64,000 nucleotides of DNA from a virus. Location of the stretch: IMG/VR virus record IMGVR_UViG_3300033553_000842, positions 1 to 64,000 of that record. One strand, 5' to 3'. Position 1 is the stretch's first letter; each line of letters starts with the position of its first letter. The notes below the pieces were generated by a model. That model was not told the origin of the DNA and did no database searches. It was given only the letters and a program-made list of their open reading frames with translations. The position numbers and the translations under genes were made by a program. Positions 54,944 to 64,000 of this stretch are shown one piece after another.

Positions 54944-56136
54944 ATTTCAAAGGTGAAGCAAAGCGGCTCGAAAGCCTGGACATCTCTCGCATTGCCTTCG
55001 CGGCTGGCTGCGGTGAAGATCATCTTCACGCAGTGATGGAAGTCGAGACCCGAGGGGGTGGGTTCGACCCCTTTGGCCGTATAAAGATGCTCTTTGAGCC
55101 ACATGTGTTCTACCGTGAGCTGTCTGGGGCCAAGAGGGAAGAGGCTATTGCCCAAGGCTTGGCCTATCGTCGCTGGGGGGAACAGCCCTACCCCGAGGAT
55201 AGCTACCCTCGTCTGTTGAGGGCGATGGAGATCGATGCTGACGCAGCCCTCCGGTCCTGTTCGTGGGGGCTGGGCCAGATCATGGGATTCAACTGCAAAC
55301 TGGCGGGGTATCCCACCGCGCTGGCAATGGTTCAGGATTTCCTGGACGATGAAGAAAAACACCTGGCCGCAATGGTTAACTTTATTGTGAGCAACGGTCT
55401 GGATGATGACCTTCGTCGGCAGGACTGGAGAGGCTTTGCCCGGGGGTATAATGGAGCCGGTTACGCCCAACATGGCTACCACCTCAAGCTGAAGAAGGCA
55501 TTCGACAAATGGCAGAGTATCCCCGATACCCCCTTCGAGATTGACCGGACCCCCCCTGATCCAAACCCGCCCCAGGAACCAGTCCTTTCCACGCGGGGTA
55601 TGATGCTCCAAAAGGGCATGCATGGCCCAGACGTTCGGAACCTGCAGGGTATTCTTAAGACCCTAGGGTACCCCAGTGGTAAAGCTGACGGTATTTTCGG
55701 TCCTCTGCTACACGCGGCCGTTGTCTCCTACCAGAGCCAGAATGATCTGCACCCAGATGGAAAGGTCGGAGAGTTGACATGGGAGGCCCTGTCTCAGGCC
55801 AATCCTCGCCCCCTCCGGGACCACACTGAAGAGAGCCTCCGAGCCGAGGGATCCACGACCATCCATGATGCCGATCAGGCTGAGATACAAACCAAGGTGG
55901 CTGCGGTAGGGGTTGGTGGACTGGGAACGATACAGGTTGTCAAAGATGGCCTGACCGAGGTCAGCGGATCCTCAGGTCTACTCTCTACCGCTCAAGAGAT
56001 CCTGGTCTCAAACTGGCCCATCCTGAGTGTTCTCGGGATCGCTCTGGTGGCCTATCTGTATGGACCAAACATTCTGCAGTCTATCAAGGACTCCCGTGTT
56101 CGGGACGCAGTCTCGGGGGATCATCTGGGCCGATGA
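54940..56136 (+). CDS. Endolysin: N-acetylmuramidase (DUF3380) + PG-binding domain + C-terminal hydrophobic segments
   Basis: AVMEVE.RG.GF, LFEPHVF, SWGLGQIMGFN, FARGYNG; PG_binding_1 DG.FGP...DGKVG..TW.AL. Confidence 0.9.
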   Translation: MNFKGEAKRLESLDISRIAFAAGCGEDHLHAVMEVETRGGGFDPFGRIKMLFEPHVFYRELSGAKREEAIAQGLAYRRWGEQPYPEDSYPRLLRAMEIDADAALRSCSWGLGQIMGFNCKLAGYPTALAMVQDFLDDEEKHLAAMVNFIVSNGLDDDLRRQDWRGFARGYNGAGYAQHGYHLKLKKAFDKWQSIPDTPFEIDRTPPDPNPPQEPVLSTRGMMLQKGMHGPDVRNLQGILKTLGYPSGKADGIFGPLLHAAVVSYQSQNDLHPDGKVGELTWEALSQANPRPLRDHTEESLRAEGSTTIHDADQAEIQTKVAAVGVGGLGTIQVVKDGLTEVSGSSGLLSTAQEILVSNWPILSVLGIALVAYLYGPNILQSIKDSRVRDAVSGDHLGR

Positions 56137-56366
56137 AACTTTATCTCACCCTCGGACTGATTGCGGCCGTTATCGCTGGAGCCCTCTGGTTGAGGGCCGA
56201 TGCGGTGAAGGATGAAAACCTCAAGGATCGGGCGCGTGGGGCAGAGTCTCGCGTCCAGCATCTCAATGAATCCAAGGATCGAAGAAATGAAATTGAACTC
56301 TTCAGTAATGATGATCTGCTCGATCGCCTTTCTGGCCGGGTGCGAGGGCCCGTGGTCGACAACTGA
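56133..56366 (+). CDS. Inner-membrane spanin (Rz-like)
   Basis: N-terminal TM plus charged coil, directly after the endolysin. Confidence 0.7.
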   Translation: MKLYLTLGLIAAVIAGALWLRADAVKDENLKDRARGAESRVQHLNESKDRRNEIELFSNDDLLDRLSGRVRGPVVDN

Positions 56367-56505
56367 ACCTCTGTTCAAGGATGTGGCCCGTAAGCCTCCC
56401 CTTACAAAGCAGGCGACTGTGGACTATCTGGTGCGCAACGATCGGCCAATGGGTGTATGGGTTGAAGAAATGGCTCAGGCCTGTGACCAGTACGGTTGTC
56501 TCTGA
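56287..56505 (+). CDS. Outer-membrane spanin lipoprotein (Rz1-like)
   Basis: Lipobox FLAGC; overlaps the i-spanin in another frame. Confidence 0.7.
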   Translation: MKLNSSVMMICSIAFLAGCEGPWSTTEPLFKDVARKPPLTKQATVDYLVRNDRPMGVWVEEMAQACDQYGCL

Positions 56506-56730
56506 CGTGGAAATCCTTGTGACCTTCCATCTGGAGTTTGAAGCTCCCGGCCACCCGGAAGTGTTTCTTACCCATATGCTCCAAGTGATCGACGTGGCAC
56601 CCAACTTTCTGGTCAGTCAGGGTTTCTACGAATCTCTGGAGGGTATCAACGTGAGATATCTGAGGGTCTCACACGCAGATATGCCGGCAGGGTCACTGCC
56701 GGCACCTACGCATTTCCCGAGCGCTAGACC

Positions 56731-57087
56731 TCAATAAAACTTCCATAGAAATACGGCCAGGAACATAACCAGTCGGGTTCTCTTTGAGACCCCGTCGGCC
56801 TTTAACGCTTCATGAAAGACCGCCGCCGCGGTGGTTCGATCCCACCCTAATCTGAGCAACCAGTCGTGGATGGCTGCGGCCTTCAGGAACCGGTGGTCGT
56901 GAGGGTCGAACAACCACCGTAGCCCACAAGGTATGCTGACGTCGAAAACGAAGCCCTTCGGGACAATGACCCAGAGGTCACTGCCCTTCCGGCCGAGTTC
57001 CCATTCCAGGAACCCGTCGGTTTCGTACCTACCTTGGGCCAGCCCTTTCGGACGGACCCAGGTTTCGCTCTCGGTGTACGTGCTCAT
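56731..57087 (-). CDS. DUF1353 family protein
   Basis: VP.GF.FD.SIP...AA.IHDWL...A..VF.EAL...GV. Confidence 0.8.
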   Translation of the reverse strand: MSTYTESETWVRPKGLAQGRYETDGFLEWELGRKGSDLWVIVPKGFVFDVSIPCGLRWLFDPHDHRFLKAAAIHDWLLRLGWDRTTAAAVFHEALKADGVSKRTRLVMFLAVFLWKFY

Positions 57088-57088
57088 C

Positions 57089-59353
57089 TTAGCCGCACTT
57101 GCTCGAGCCACAGGCCTGACATGTATCACAGCCTGATACCTTTATCACAGCCGCTTCCCCACAGCTGACACAGGTCCGTCCAGCTGGGAGAGCTACTGCC
57201 CCCATGTGATCGGCCAGAACACCACCAATGGCCGCGATCAGGGATGAGACATAATTTCCCCCCACCCATGCACCGCCCCGAGGATCGAAGATCTGCTTCA
57301 GCTCTTGATGGATAAAGTTGACGTCACCCCCACGCCGGAACACAGCGGAGATCATACGGGTTAGGGCCGTGATCCAAGCCTGTGCTTCGACGTTCTGTGT
57401 GGTGATGAAGATCTCGAAGGGGTTGCCCAGTTCGTCGTCGTTGATCGTGACGTAGAACGCATGAGGCATCTCTGGCCATTTCAGCTTGTAGGTCTTGCCA
57501 GAGAGGACTTCGGTACGTGCTTTAGGCGCAACAACCTCTGTATAGTCCGGGTGCCCCACCAGTATTTGCTCTGGTGCTGGGGTTGGAGCAACACTCAAGA
57601 CTGAACCGGTCACGTCGTTGGGGCGATAGGTCGTGCAACCCTTACATCCGCTGTACCACGCTTCCATGTAGACCGCTTTGAAATCCTCGAAAGAGATATC
57701 CTCGGGGCAGTTCACAGTCTTGGAGATTGAACTGTCGACCCAACGCTGGGCCGCGGCCTGCATCCGGACGTGATCGAGAGGGCTCAGGGTCTGGGCTGTG
57801 ACGAAGTAGTCGGGCAGCATGTCATCTGACCAGTCCTCCCCTTCCATACCGTCGTTCTCAAATTTCGACTTCCAGATGGATTTGTAGAGAGATACTGCAT
57901 AGTCCTCGACCAGTTCCTCGGTCTTGGTGCCGTCCTTCTGTGTGACCTTGCGGATGTAGCTGTTGGCGAACACGGGTTCGATGCCAGAGCTGACGTTGCC
58001 TGCGTACAAACTGATCGTCCCTGTTGGCGCGATCGAGGTCAACAGAGCATTGCGGATGCCGTGCTTGCGGATACGGTCCTGCACCTCCTGAGGGAGGGTC
58101 GAAGCGTGGGTGCCGGGGGCCAGGAACAGGTCGGCGTCAAAGAGCGGGAACGCGCCTTTCTCAATGGCCAGATCGACCGAGGCGTTATAGGCCATGGAGT
58201 CGATCGCATGCATGATGTCATCGACCCAACCCTCGGCCTCATGGGAGCCATATTTGACCTTCAGCATCGCCAGCATATTGGCCAGACCAGTGACGCCCAA
58301 CCCGAGGCGGCGTTTGGCGACGGCTTCCGCCTCCTGTTCCCAGAGAGGAAATTTGGAGACGTCAACGACGTTGTCCATCATCCGCACCGCGGTGGTCACC
58401 AGCTCCCCCAAGAGCTTGGGGTCAATCTTAGCCTGATCCGTAAAGGGGTCCTGCACAATCCTGGCCAGGTTGATCGATCCCAACAGGCAAGCGCCGTATG
58501 GGGGCAGAGGTTGTTCACCACAGGGGTTCGTCGCGGCAATGGTTTCGCAATAGTTCAGGTTGTTCGCTTTGTTGATCCGGTCGATGAAGATCACCCCCGG
58601 CTCCGCGTATTCGTAGGTGGACTTCATGATCAGGTCCCATAGATCACGGGCCTGGATCGTCTTGTAGACCTTACCTCCGAAGACCAATTCCCAAGGGGCG
58701 TTGGCCTCGACCGCAGCCATGAAAGGATCCGTGATCAGGACCGAGAGGTTGAAGTTGCGCAGGCGTGTGGAGTCCTGCTTAGCAACGATGAAGTCCATGA
58801 CGTCGGGGTGATCGCACCGCATCGTGGCCATCATGGCCCCACGGCGGGAACCAGCAGACATGATTGTCTTACACATCGTGTCCCAGACATCCATGAAGGT
58901 CAGAGGGCCAGAGGCGTCGGCGGCAACGCCTTTAACAGGGGCCCCCTTGGGGCGGATGGTGGAGAAGTCGTAGCCGATACCACCGCCCTGTTGCATGGTC
59001 AGGGCCGCTTCTTTCAGCATGTCCATGATCCCGTCCATGCTGTCAGGGACAGTACCCATCACAAAACAATTGAACAGCGTGACGTTTCTGCCGGTACCGG
59101 CCCCGGCCGTAATTCGACCAGCGGGGAGAAACTTGAAATCTTCGAGCGCGGTCACAAACTCCAGAGCGTATTGCCCTTGGACTTGCTTGGCTTCTGCCCG
59201 GGAGAGATCTGACGCGATACGGGACCAGGTGTCCTGGACGTTTTTGTCAAGGATAATACCGTTGCCATCTGTCAGGCGGTATTTCATGTTCCAGATCTGC
59301 TCGGAGATCGGAGTCGCAAAGGGGTTCTCTGCAGAAGAGATGTTGTCTTTCAT
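57089..59353 (-). CDS. nrdJ: Class II (adenosylcobalamin) ribonucleotide reductase with TSCPD domain
   Basis: PAGRI, LFNCFV, GGGIGYDFS, RRGAMM, TNPCGEQPL, CLLGSINL, IAPTGTIS, SISKTVN, C-terminal C..CG.SKC. Confidence 0.95.
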   Translation of the reverse strand: MKDNISSAENPFATPISEQIWNMKYRLTDGNGIILDKNVQDTWSRIASDLSRAEAKQVQGQYALEFVTALEDFKFLPAGRITAGAGTGRNVTLFNCFVMGTVPDSMDGIMDMLKEAALTMQQGGGIGYDFSTIRPKGAPVKGVAADASGPLTFMDVWDTMCKTIMSAGSRRGAMMATMRCDHPDVMDFIVAKQDSTRLRNFNLSVLITDPFMAAVEANAPWELVFGGKVYKTIQARDLWDLIMKSTYEYAEPGVIFIDRINKANNLNYCETIAATNPCGEQPLPPYGACLLGSINLARIVQDPFTDQAKIDPKLLGELVTTAVRMMDNVVDVSKFPLWEQEAEAVAKRRLGLGVTGLANMLAMLKVKYGSHEAEGWVDDIMHAIDSMAYNASVDLAIEKGAFPLFDADLFLAPGTHASTLPQEVQDRIRKHGIRNALLTSIAPTGTISLYAGNVSSGIEPVFANSYIRKVTQKDGTKTEELVEDYAVSLYKSIWKSKFENDGMEGEDWSDDMLPDYFVTAQTLSPLDHVRMQAAAQRWVDSSISKTVNCPEDISFEDFKAVYMEAWYSGCKGCTTYRPNDVTGSVLSVAPTPAPEQILVGHPDYTEVVAPKARTEVLSGKTYKLKWPEMPHAFYVTINDDELGNPFEIFITTQNVEAQAWITALTRMISAVFRRGGDVNFIHQELKQIFDPRGGAWVGGNYVSSLIAAIGGVLADHMGAVALPAGRTCVSCGEAAVIKVSGCDTCQACGSSKCG

Positions 59354-59425
59354 GGGGGGAATCCTTGGGGCTGTTTGACAGTAGTACCCGACCAATATCA
59401 AGTAATGGTCGGGCTATGGCAAGTC

Positions 59426-59947
59426 TTAATAGACTTCCATTTCTGTCTTTACATCACGATTATTTGCTTCTTCAGCGGTGAAGGTACCGGTCTTAAACCG
59501 GCGGTTGAGTTTGGCGAGGTTCAGCTCCATCACTTCGTCCAGATCAGAACCTGCCTCGGCAGCGAGAGTGTCGACATTGTCCAGAATACGGGCCAAGAGG
59601 TCAGCCAGACGGGTCCGGTTCATAACCCGGCCGTAAAAGGTTCCCTTCTTGAGCTGGTCAACAATCTCGGCGGCGTCGGTGATCAGAGCCTCGATCAGAT
59701 CTTCTTCCATGTCCTGTGTCAGACCATTAGTGTCCAACAGGTCCCCCATAGTTAGATCAAGGTGATAAGCCCCCACCGCCACATACCAGGTGATGTCTCC
59801 CAGCTCTTCGAGAAAGTTTTTCTCGTTGTTGAAGTTCATCAGCTCGACCGTCTCGGTCATCAGTCCGAGAGCTGCATGTAGCAACCCATGGTCGGGCTCA
59901 TGCCATTCGGTGCTCTCGAGTTCTACGCACTGTGCTTGGTAATTCAT
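59426..59947 (-). CDS. MazG-like NTP pyrophosphohydrolase
   Basis: HAALGL..E..E...EELGD..WY, a second degenerate repeat, and NLAKL..RF. Confidence 0.8.
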   Translation of the reverse strand: MNYQAQCVELESTEWHEPDHGLLHAALGLMTETVELMNFNNEKNFLEELGDITWYVAVGAYHLDLTMGDLLDTNGLTQDMEEDLIEALITDAAEIVDQLKKGTFYGRVMNRTRLADLLARILDNVDTLAAEAGSDLDEVMELNLAKLNRRFKTGTFTAEEANNRDVKTEMEVY

Positions 59948-60189
59948 TCTTCGGTTCCTTCAAGGGGGGATTGGGTTCTAAGCATTACGGGGGGGTGTAC
60001 CATTCCGATAATGGTAAGGAGCACCGCGCCACCCGCGTTCAACATCTCCAGCTCCTCCGCAGTGGGTTGCCATCTGCTGGTCATACAGTTTACTCCCTCG
60101 ACCTCCTGATCGAGAATTGGCAGGGCATGATACTCCTCCTGCTCTTCCCCAAGGATGCGGGTGGCGTTTGGCATTTCCATCGGTGTCAT
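59944..60189 (-). CDS. Hypothetical protein
   Basis: LP.......S.W.PT.EEL..LNAGG.V.L...G..HPPV phage motif. Confidence 0.65.
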   Translation of the reverse strand: MTPMEMPNATRILGEEQEEYHALPILDQEVEGVNCMTSRWQPTAEELEMLNAGGAVLLTIIGMVHPPVMLRTQSPLEGTEE

Positions 60190-60440
60190 TCTTCTTCTCC
60201 TTCTTCTTCACAACATTCGAGGCAGGTCCATTCTTCGAGACCGAAATCCTCAGAGGCTTCTTCGCTGATTTCGCACCACCACTGGCAAGTGACACAGCAA
60301 AATATCTGGCTGTCGAGGTAGTCATGGAACGCTTGGTCCCCGAAGAGATCGTCAGCCGTGTGTCGGTCGAGGACCGTGTCAAGGGAGTTACAGGTCCCCC
60401 GCAGATCCTCGACGATTTCTTCAAAAAGTGTCTCAGTCAT
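60186..60440 (-). CDS. Acidic zinc-binding protein
   Basis: FCC..C.WW...C..C. Confidence 0.6.
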   Translation of the reverse strand: MTETLFEEIVEDLRGTCNSLDTVLDRHTADDLFGDQAFHDYLDSQIFCCVTCQWWCEISEEASEDFGLEEWTCLECCEEEGEEE

Positions 60441-61275
60441 GGACACTCTCGCCCTCAATCGTCTGGCGCAGCTGGATCCAGCCACGGAGGTTTCCATGGA
60501 GATGGGGCTTGGCCCAGCGGTTCTTGCTTTTCCACTTCACGTCAGGTGTCGCGATGTGTTCGAACGGGGAGGCGTGGACCGGTGTCCCGATCAGCTGATT
60601 GTAAAGCCTCAGATCGTTCACATAATCTGCACGTTCTCCATCATAGAGGTGGTAGGAGACCCGGGCGTTCCGGGCGACCGACATTACCTTGGCCTCTTCG
60701 ATACCCTGATCCCGGACCTCGTAGTCCATCACATATGGCAGGTGCCACTCCCCCGGCTGCAAAAGATTGGGGGTTGAGCCCTCCATGCACTTCTTGATGG
60801 CCTTGGCCAGGAGTTGAATGGTCGGGTCTGCTGCCGGATGGTCTCTAAGTGCATCCCAGTTGGCCCAGTTGGTCGCTGTGACGACTACTTCGATGTGGTC
60901 GTGTGCCTCGGTCAGGCGGTTCCCGATCTGCTTATGGGCTCCGGCCTTTTCCGTGAGCCAGGAACAGAGCAGCGAGACCTGACGATGGAAGTCCCATGTG
61001 CCTTTCGCGAGTGCCCCTCGCCAGCCCTCAAGCTCGCCCCCGGCCTGCATACCTTTCTGGTTCGCTCCGAAAGAAGCGGGGTAGGCGGGATCGATCCGGA
61101 TACTGGACCGGACCTTAGACAGGGGCCGTGCCCGGGAGGAACCAGCGTTGCGGGATTTGTCCCGGTGCGTCATGAACTCCGAGTGGATAATACGGGGGTA
61201 GCGCAGGGCCATGGTGGGCAGACGGATCCCCTCAGGGGAGATCGAGTCCTTGATCATTGTGGCGGTTGTGGTCAT
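60433..61275 (-). CDS. thyX: FAD-dependent thymidylate synthase
   Basis: YPR.IHSEFMTHR..SRNA.SSRA, HKQ..NRL.E, S.AR.ARVSY, HASPFEH. Confidence 0.88.
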   Translation of the reverse strand: MTTTATMIKDSISPEGIRLPTMALRYPRIIHSEFMTHRDKSRNAGSSRARPLSKVRSSIRIDPAYPASFGANQKGMQAGGELEGWRGALAKGTWDFHRQVSLLCSWLTEKAGAHKQIGNRLTEAHDHIEVVVTATNWANWDALRDHPAADPTIQLLAKAIKKCMEGSTPNLLQPGEWHLPYVMDYEVRDQGIEEAKVMSVARNARVSYHLYDGERADYVNDLRLYNQLIGTPVHASPFEHIATPDVKWKSKNRWAKPHLHGNLRGWIQLRQTIEGESVHD

Positions 61276-61460
61276 TCGAACATCGCCTTCCAGAAACCTG
61301 CAACTGCTCCAAAGAGGCAGAAGATGGTTGGAAGATAGAGCCCGGACATCTCGGGGAGGTGGCTCAAGACCCAACCGACTGTATACCCACAACCTCCGAC
61401 CAGGAGAGGGACTGCTATCATAGCGACTAACTGGCCCATAAAATTCATAAATTCATCCAT
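61272..61460 (-). CDS. Small two-TM membrane protein
   Basis: Two hydrophobic helices; coupled ORF. Confidence 0.55.
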   Translation of the reverse strand: MDEFMNFMGQLVAMIAVPLLVGGCGYTVGWVLSHLPEMSGLYLPTIFCLFGAVAGFWKAMFE

Positions 61461-62007
61461 TGCTCAGTTCCCCCAAAAGTGTCTTCATGGTTTGCTGCAG
61501 GTCATAGATCGACCCCAGGTTGTGGATCGAATAGTCCGCCTGGATTTGGTCCATTTCGGTCTCCGAGACGTGGGTGTCTGTTCCCTCTGTACCGGGGCGG
61601 CTGACGCGGACCAGGTATCCCCCCATGTCCTTGACCAGTTGAGCTTCCGCGAGATACCGGATGTCTGTGCAGACAATGGGGGACCCTTGGCGAAGAAGAT
61701 TTGCGACCCGGTTGGCCCACATCTTGGTCCAGAGATCGTTGCCAATAAGCCGACGCCACTCGTCCCCGAGGGTCTGCATGGCGTATCTTGGTGTCTGGCC
61801 ACAAAGGATCTCACAGGGGGTCTCTTTCAGATCCCCCTCGATACGCCGCTCGACCTCAACCCAGTCGAAGCCGGCGTCCTGGTACAGGGAGCGCAGCATG
61901 TTCTTCAACGGCTCGGCCATCTTGGCGTTGTAGAAATTTCGTTCTGTAAGGACGCTGGCAAGGGTATCCTTGCCAGCTCCCTTCTTTCCTGTGATGCCGA
62001 TCAGCAT
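61453..62007 (-). CDS. Deoxynucleoside monophosphate kinase
   Basis: IGITGKKGAGKDT, A.PLK, TPR..MQ.LG.EW.R, DIRY..E, HVSE. Confidence 0.9.
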   Translation of the reverse strand: MLIGITGKKGAGKDTLASVLTERNFYNAKMAEPLKNMLRSLYQDAGFDWVEVERRIEGDLKETPCEILCGQTPRYAMQTLGDEWRRLIGNDLWTKMWANRVANLLRQGSPIVCTDIRYLAEAQLVKDMGGYLVRVSRPGTEGTDTHVSETEMDQIQADYSIHNLGSIYDLQQTMKTLLGELSNG

Positions 62008-62349
62008 TTAGTATCCTCGCTCGGTGAAAAAATAGGTATCCCGCTTTACAGCGACTTTGTTGGGCATGGCGTAGAGGATGAAGAAGTCCCCATCCCGGCC
62101 CTGACAGAGATTGATCCGTCCCTGGTCATGCAGTTTGCGATAGTAATGGATCCGAAGCTGATCATCCTGGTTCCACTCGCCCATGGAGCGGCGGCGGGAG
62201 ATGATATGTCTTTGCTTTCGGGCCGGCCCCCAGCCAGTGACCTCGAAGCTGGCGTGGGTCACCATCTCCTTGGCTTTCTGCAGCGGGATCTGTAACCGCT
62301 CGGAGATATCATGGGGGCATCGGGTGGTCGTGAGTACCTGGTCGGTCAT
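62008..62349 (-). CDS. Hypothetical protein
   Basis: D.G...LCQGRDGD.FILYA.P motif; coupled ORF. Confidence 0.6.
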   Translation of the reverse strand: MTDQVLTTTRCPHDISERLQIPLQKAKEMVTHASFEVTGWGPARKQRHIISRRRSMGEWNQDDQLRIHYYRKLHDQGRINLCQGRDGDFFILYAMPNKVAVKRDTYFFTERGY

Positions 62350-64000
62350 TTTTTGAGCTCAATCATGTAATCAGTTTCGGGGCGTTTGTGGGTCACCTGA
62401 ATGACCTGTGAAACGTGCGAAGTAAGCCGACGAAGGGCTTGGGCCGTGTGTTCCGCACGGTCCTCATCCATCGAGGCATCGATCTCATCAGCCATGAAGA
62501 CCGAGAAGACACGGTTGGTAAGGATCTGACCGAGGGCGAGACGGATCGCCAGGTTGGCGACGGCCTTTCCCGATCCTGAAAGGGTATGGATGCGCTGGTC
62601 ATCGATCAGAATTTCGAAGTCGGCATCAATATCGACTTTGTAGCGCTCCCCACCGGTCATCTGGTTCAGCAGCATGGACGCCACTGAGTTCAGGGAAGGC
62701 AGTAGATGGGTCTTGATCTTGACCTTCAGATCAGAAACCGCCTTGCGGCTGTCCAGGTACTTGTCGGCCTTTATAACGAGCCCATCATAGACTGCCTTGT
62801 TGGCCTCATAGACCCGCTTGGCCCTCTGGTAGGTGCTCAGAGCCGATTCATAGACCCGAGCCTCAGTCACACGCTGCGAAAGATCCTCGGCAGTTTCGAT
62901 CCAGCCCTCCAATTCCTCAAAGCGTTTCTGTTTCTCTTCCAAGCCTTTGGAATAGGTCTCGTAGGCTGACATCTGACGATGAAAGACCCGATCGGTTTCT
63001 TCCCACGCCTGACGGGTTTCGAGGTCCTTGGAACGGTCAGGAAGCTCTTTAACCTTCGCGTTGAACTCTTCCAGCCGTTGAGCCAGTGTCTCCAGCTTAG
63101 CGTCATTCTCCTTCAAACCCACCTGGCGGGCCCATTCAGACCGGGAGATCTTCGGTTTTTCGACCTCGACAACATCCGCGTAGGCTTCCAGCCCCTCGGC
63201 CACCGGCCAGGAGTGTCCACACTCAGGGCATTCAAGATCCCCTTGGGCCAGGAGGCGCTGCTTGTCGTCCCAACGGTCCCGGGCATCGTGCTGGGCCTTG
63301 ATCTCGTCGAGCGCTTCGTCGCTCAGGGTCCTGAGCTCCAGAGCCTCGATCTGGCGAGACGTGTTGACGGCTGATTTCTGCATCAACTCCCGGATGTCCT
63401 GATGCCCCTTGAGGATCACGACGCTGTCCTTGACCTTGCACTTGGCAGGTTTCTTGGGCTTCTCAGGGGCCGACGACAGCGCCCCACGAAGTTCGCGGTA
63501 TTCGTTGGCATAGGCCCTAGCCTCGAGCAGTTCGCTCTCAGCATCGAGCAGAGCCATCAGAGTTTCAGGGGCCTCGGGGGCCTCAGGCTCTACCAGTGTC
63601 CGCTCCAAGCCCACGGCCTCCCGCTTGAGCGCGTTGCCTTCGTCACCGCAGTGCTTGATGATCACGTCCAGGACGTTCAGTCCAACAGTCTGGTCGACCA
63701 TGGCCTTGCGCTCGGCGGGACGCATTTTCGACAAGCCTTCGACGTCACCCTGGTTGCAGCTGTTCGCCACATCAAAGACGGTCAGGTCATATCCAAGGAT
63801 ACGCTGGATAGCTTCGTTTACTGGCTTGGTCGCGGAAGCACGAACGCCGCCCTCGAGCTCGGCCCGGGTCCCCTTGCGGACGACCTTGTAGTCCACATCA
63901 TTGACGGTGAACTCGAGCTCGACGTGGAGACCTTTGTATTCCTCGGCCAAGCCACGCAGGGCCGCAGAACCAAAGAGAGCGTAGCGCACGGCTTCCGTGA
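62346..64000 (-). CDS. Rad50/SbcC-like ATPase (5' truncated by the window edge)
   Basis: Q-loop CNQG, coiled coil with CPEC zinc hook, signature LSGSG, Walker B ADEID, H-loop VTH. Confidence 0.88.
   Translation of the reverse strand, partial: TEAVRYALFGSAALRGLAEEYKGLHVELEFTVNDVDYKVVRKGTRAELEGGVRASATKPVNEAIQRILGYDLTVFDVANSCNQGDVEGLSKMRPAERKAMVDQTVGLNVLDVIIKHCGDEGNALKREAVGLERTLVEPEAPEAPETLMALLDAESELLEARAYANEYRELRGALSSAPEKPKKPAKCKVKDSVVILKGHQDIRELMQKSAVNTSRQIEALELRTLSDEALDEIKAQHDARDRWDDKQRLLAQGDLECPECGHSWPVAEGLEAYADVVEVEKPKISRSEWARQVGLKENDAKLETLAQRLEEFNAKVKELPDRSKDLETRQAWEETDRVFHRQMSAYETYSKGLEEKQKRFEELEGWIETAEDLSQRVTEARVYESALSTYQRAKRVYEANKAVYDGLVIKADKYLDSRKAVSDLKVKIKTHLLPSLNSVASMLLNQMTGGERYKVDIDADFEILIDDQRIHTLSGSGKAVANLAIRLALGQILTNRVFSVFMADEIDASMDEDRAEHTAQALRRLTSHVSQVIQVTHKRPETDYMIELKK

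Noticed and set aside
56381-56737. Plus-strand ORF after the spanins
   Set aside because: A short gene may exist in its 3' part, but I could not support a start or a function.
1-64000. tRNA, rRNA or IS elements
   Set aside because: No cloverleaf/T-loop signature, rRNA or transposase recognised by eye; tRNAscan-SE would be decisive.

Overview
About 64 kb of a long-tailed (siphovirus-type), probably temperate phage of an alphaproteobacterial host (likely Rhodobacteraceae, inferred from the Ros/MucR gene, class II RNR and marine-type tail fibres). From left to right: an integrase/excisionase/KTSC module with a divergent mucR; a ~16 kb minus-strand array of short early/accessory genes (ArdA, small alarmone hydrolase, lipoprotein, many acidic unknowns) punctuated by a repeated RBS-start module and a repeated 21-bp palindrome; primase-helicase; terminase, head and tail genes; a lysis cassette; and nucleotide-metabolism and recombination genes (NrdJ, MazG-like, ThyX, dNMP kinase, partial Rad50/SbcC). 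The most unusual signals are: (1) a lambda-J-like tail tip gene apparently cut in two, through a carbohydrate-binding domain, by a ~4.2 kb fibre cassette, whose own fibre gene is cut in two by a free-standing HNH-type endonuclease; (2) a cassette-like early region with shared boundary modules, empty cassettes and two operator families; (3) an apparently zinc-less phage MucR. Family names come from motif recognition by eye; no database search was run.
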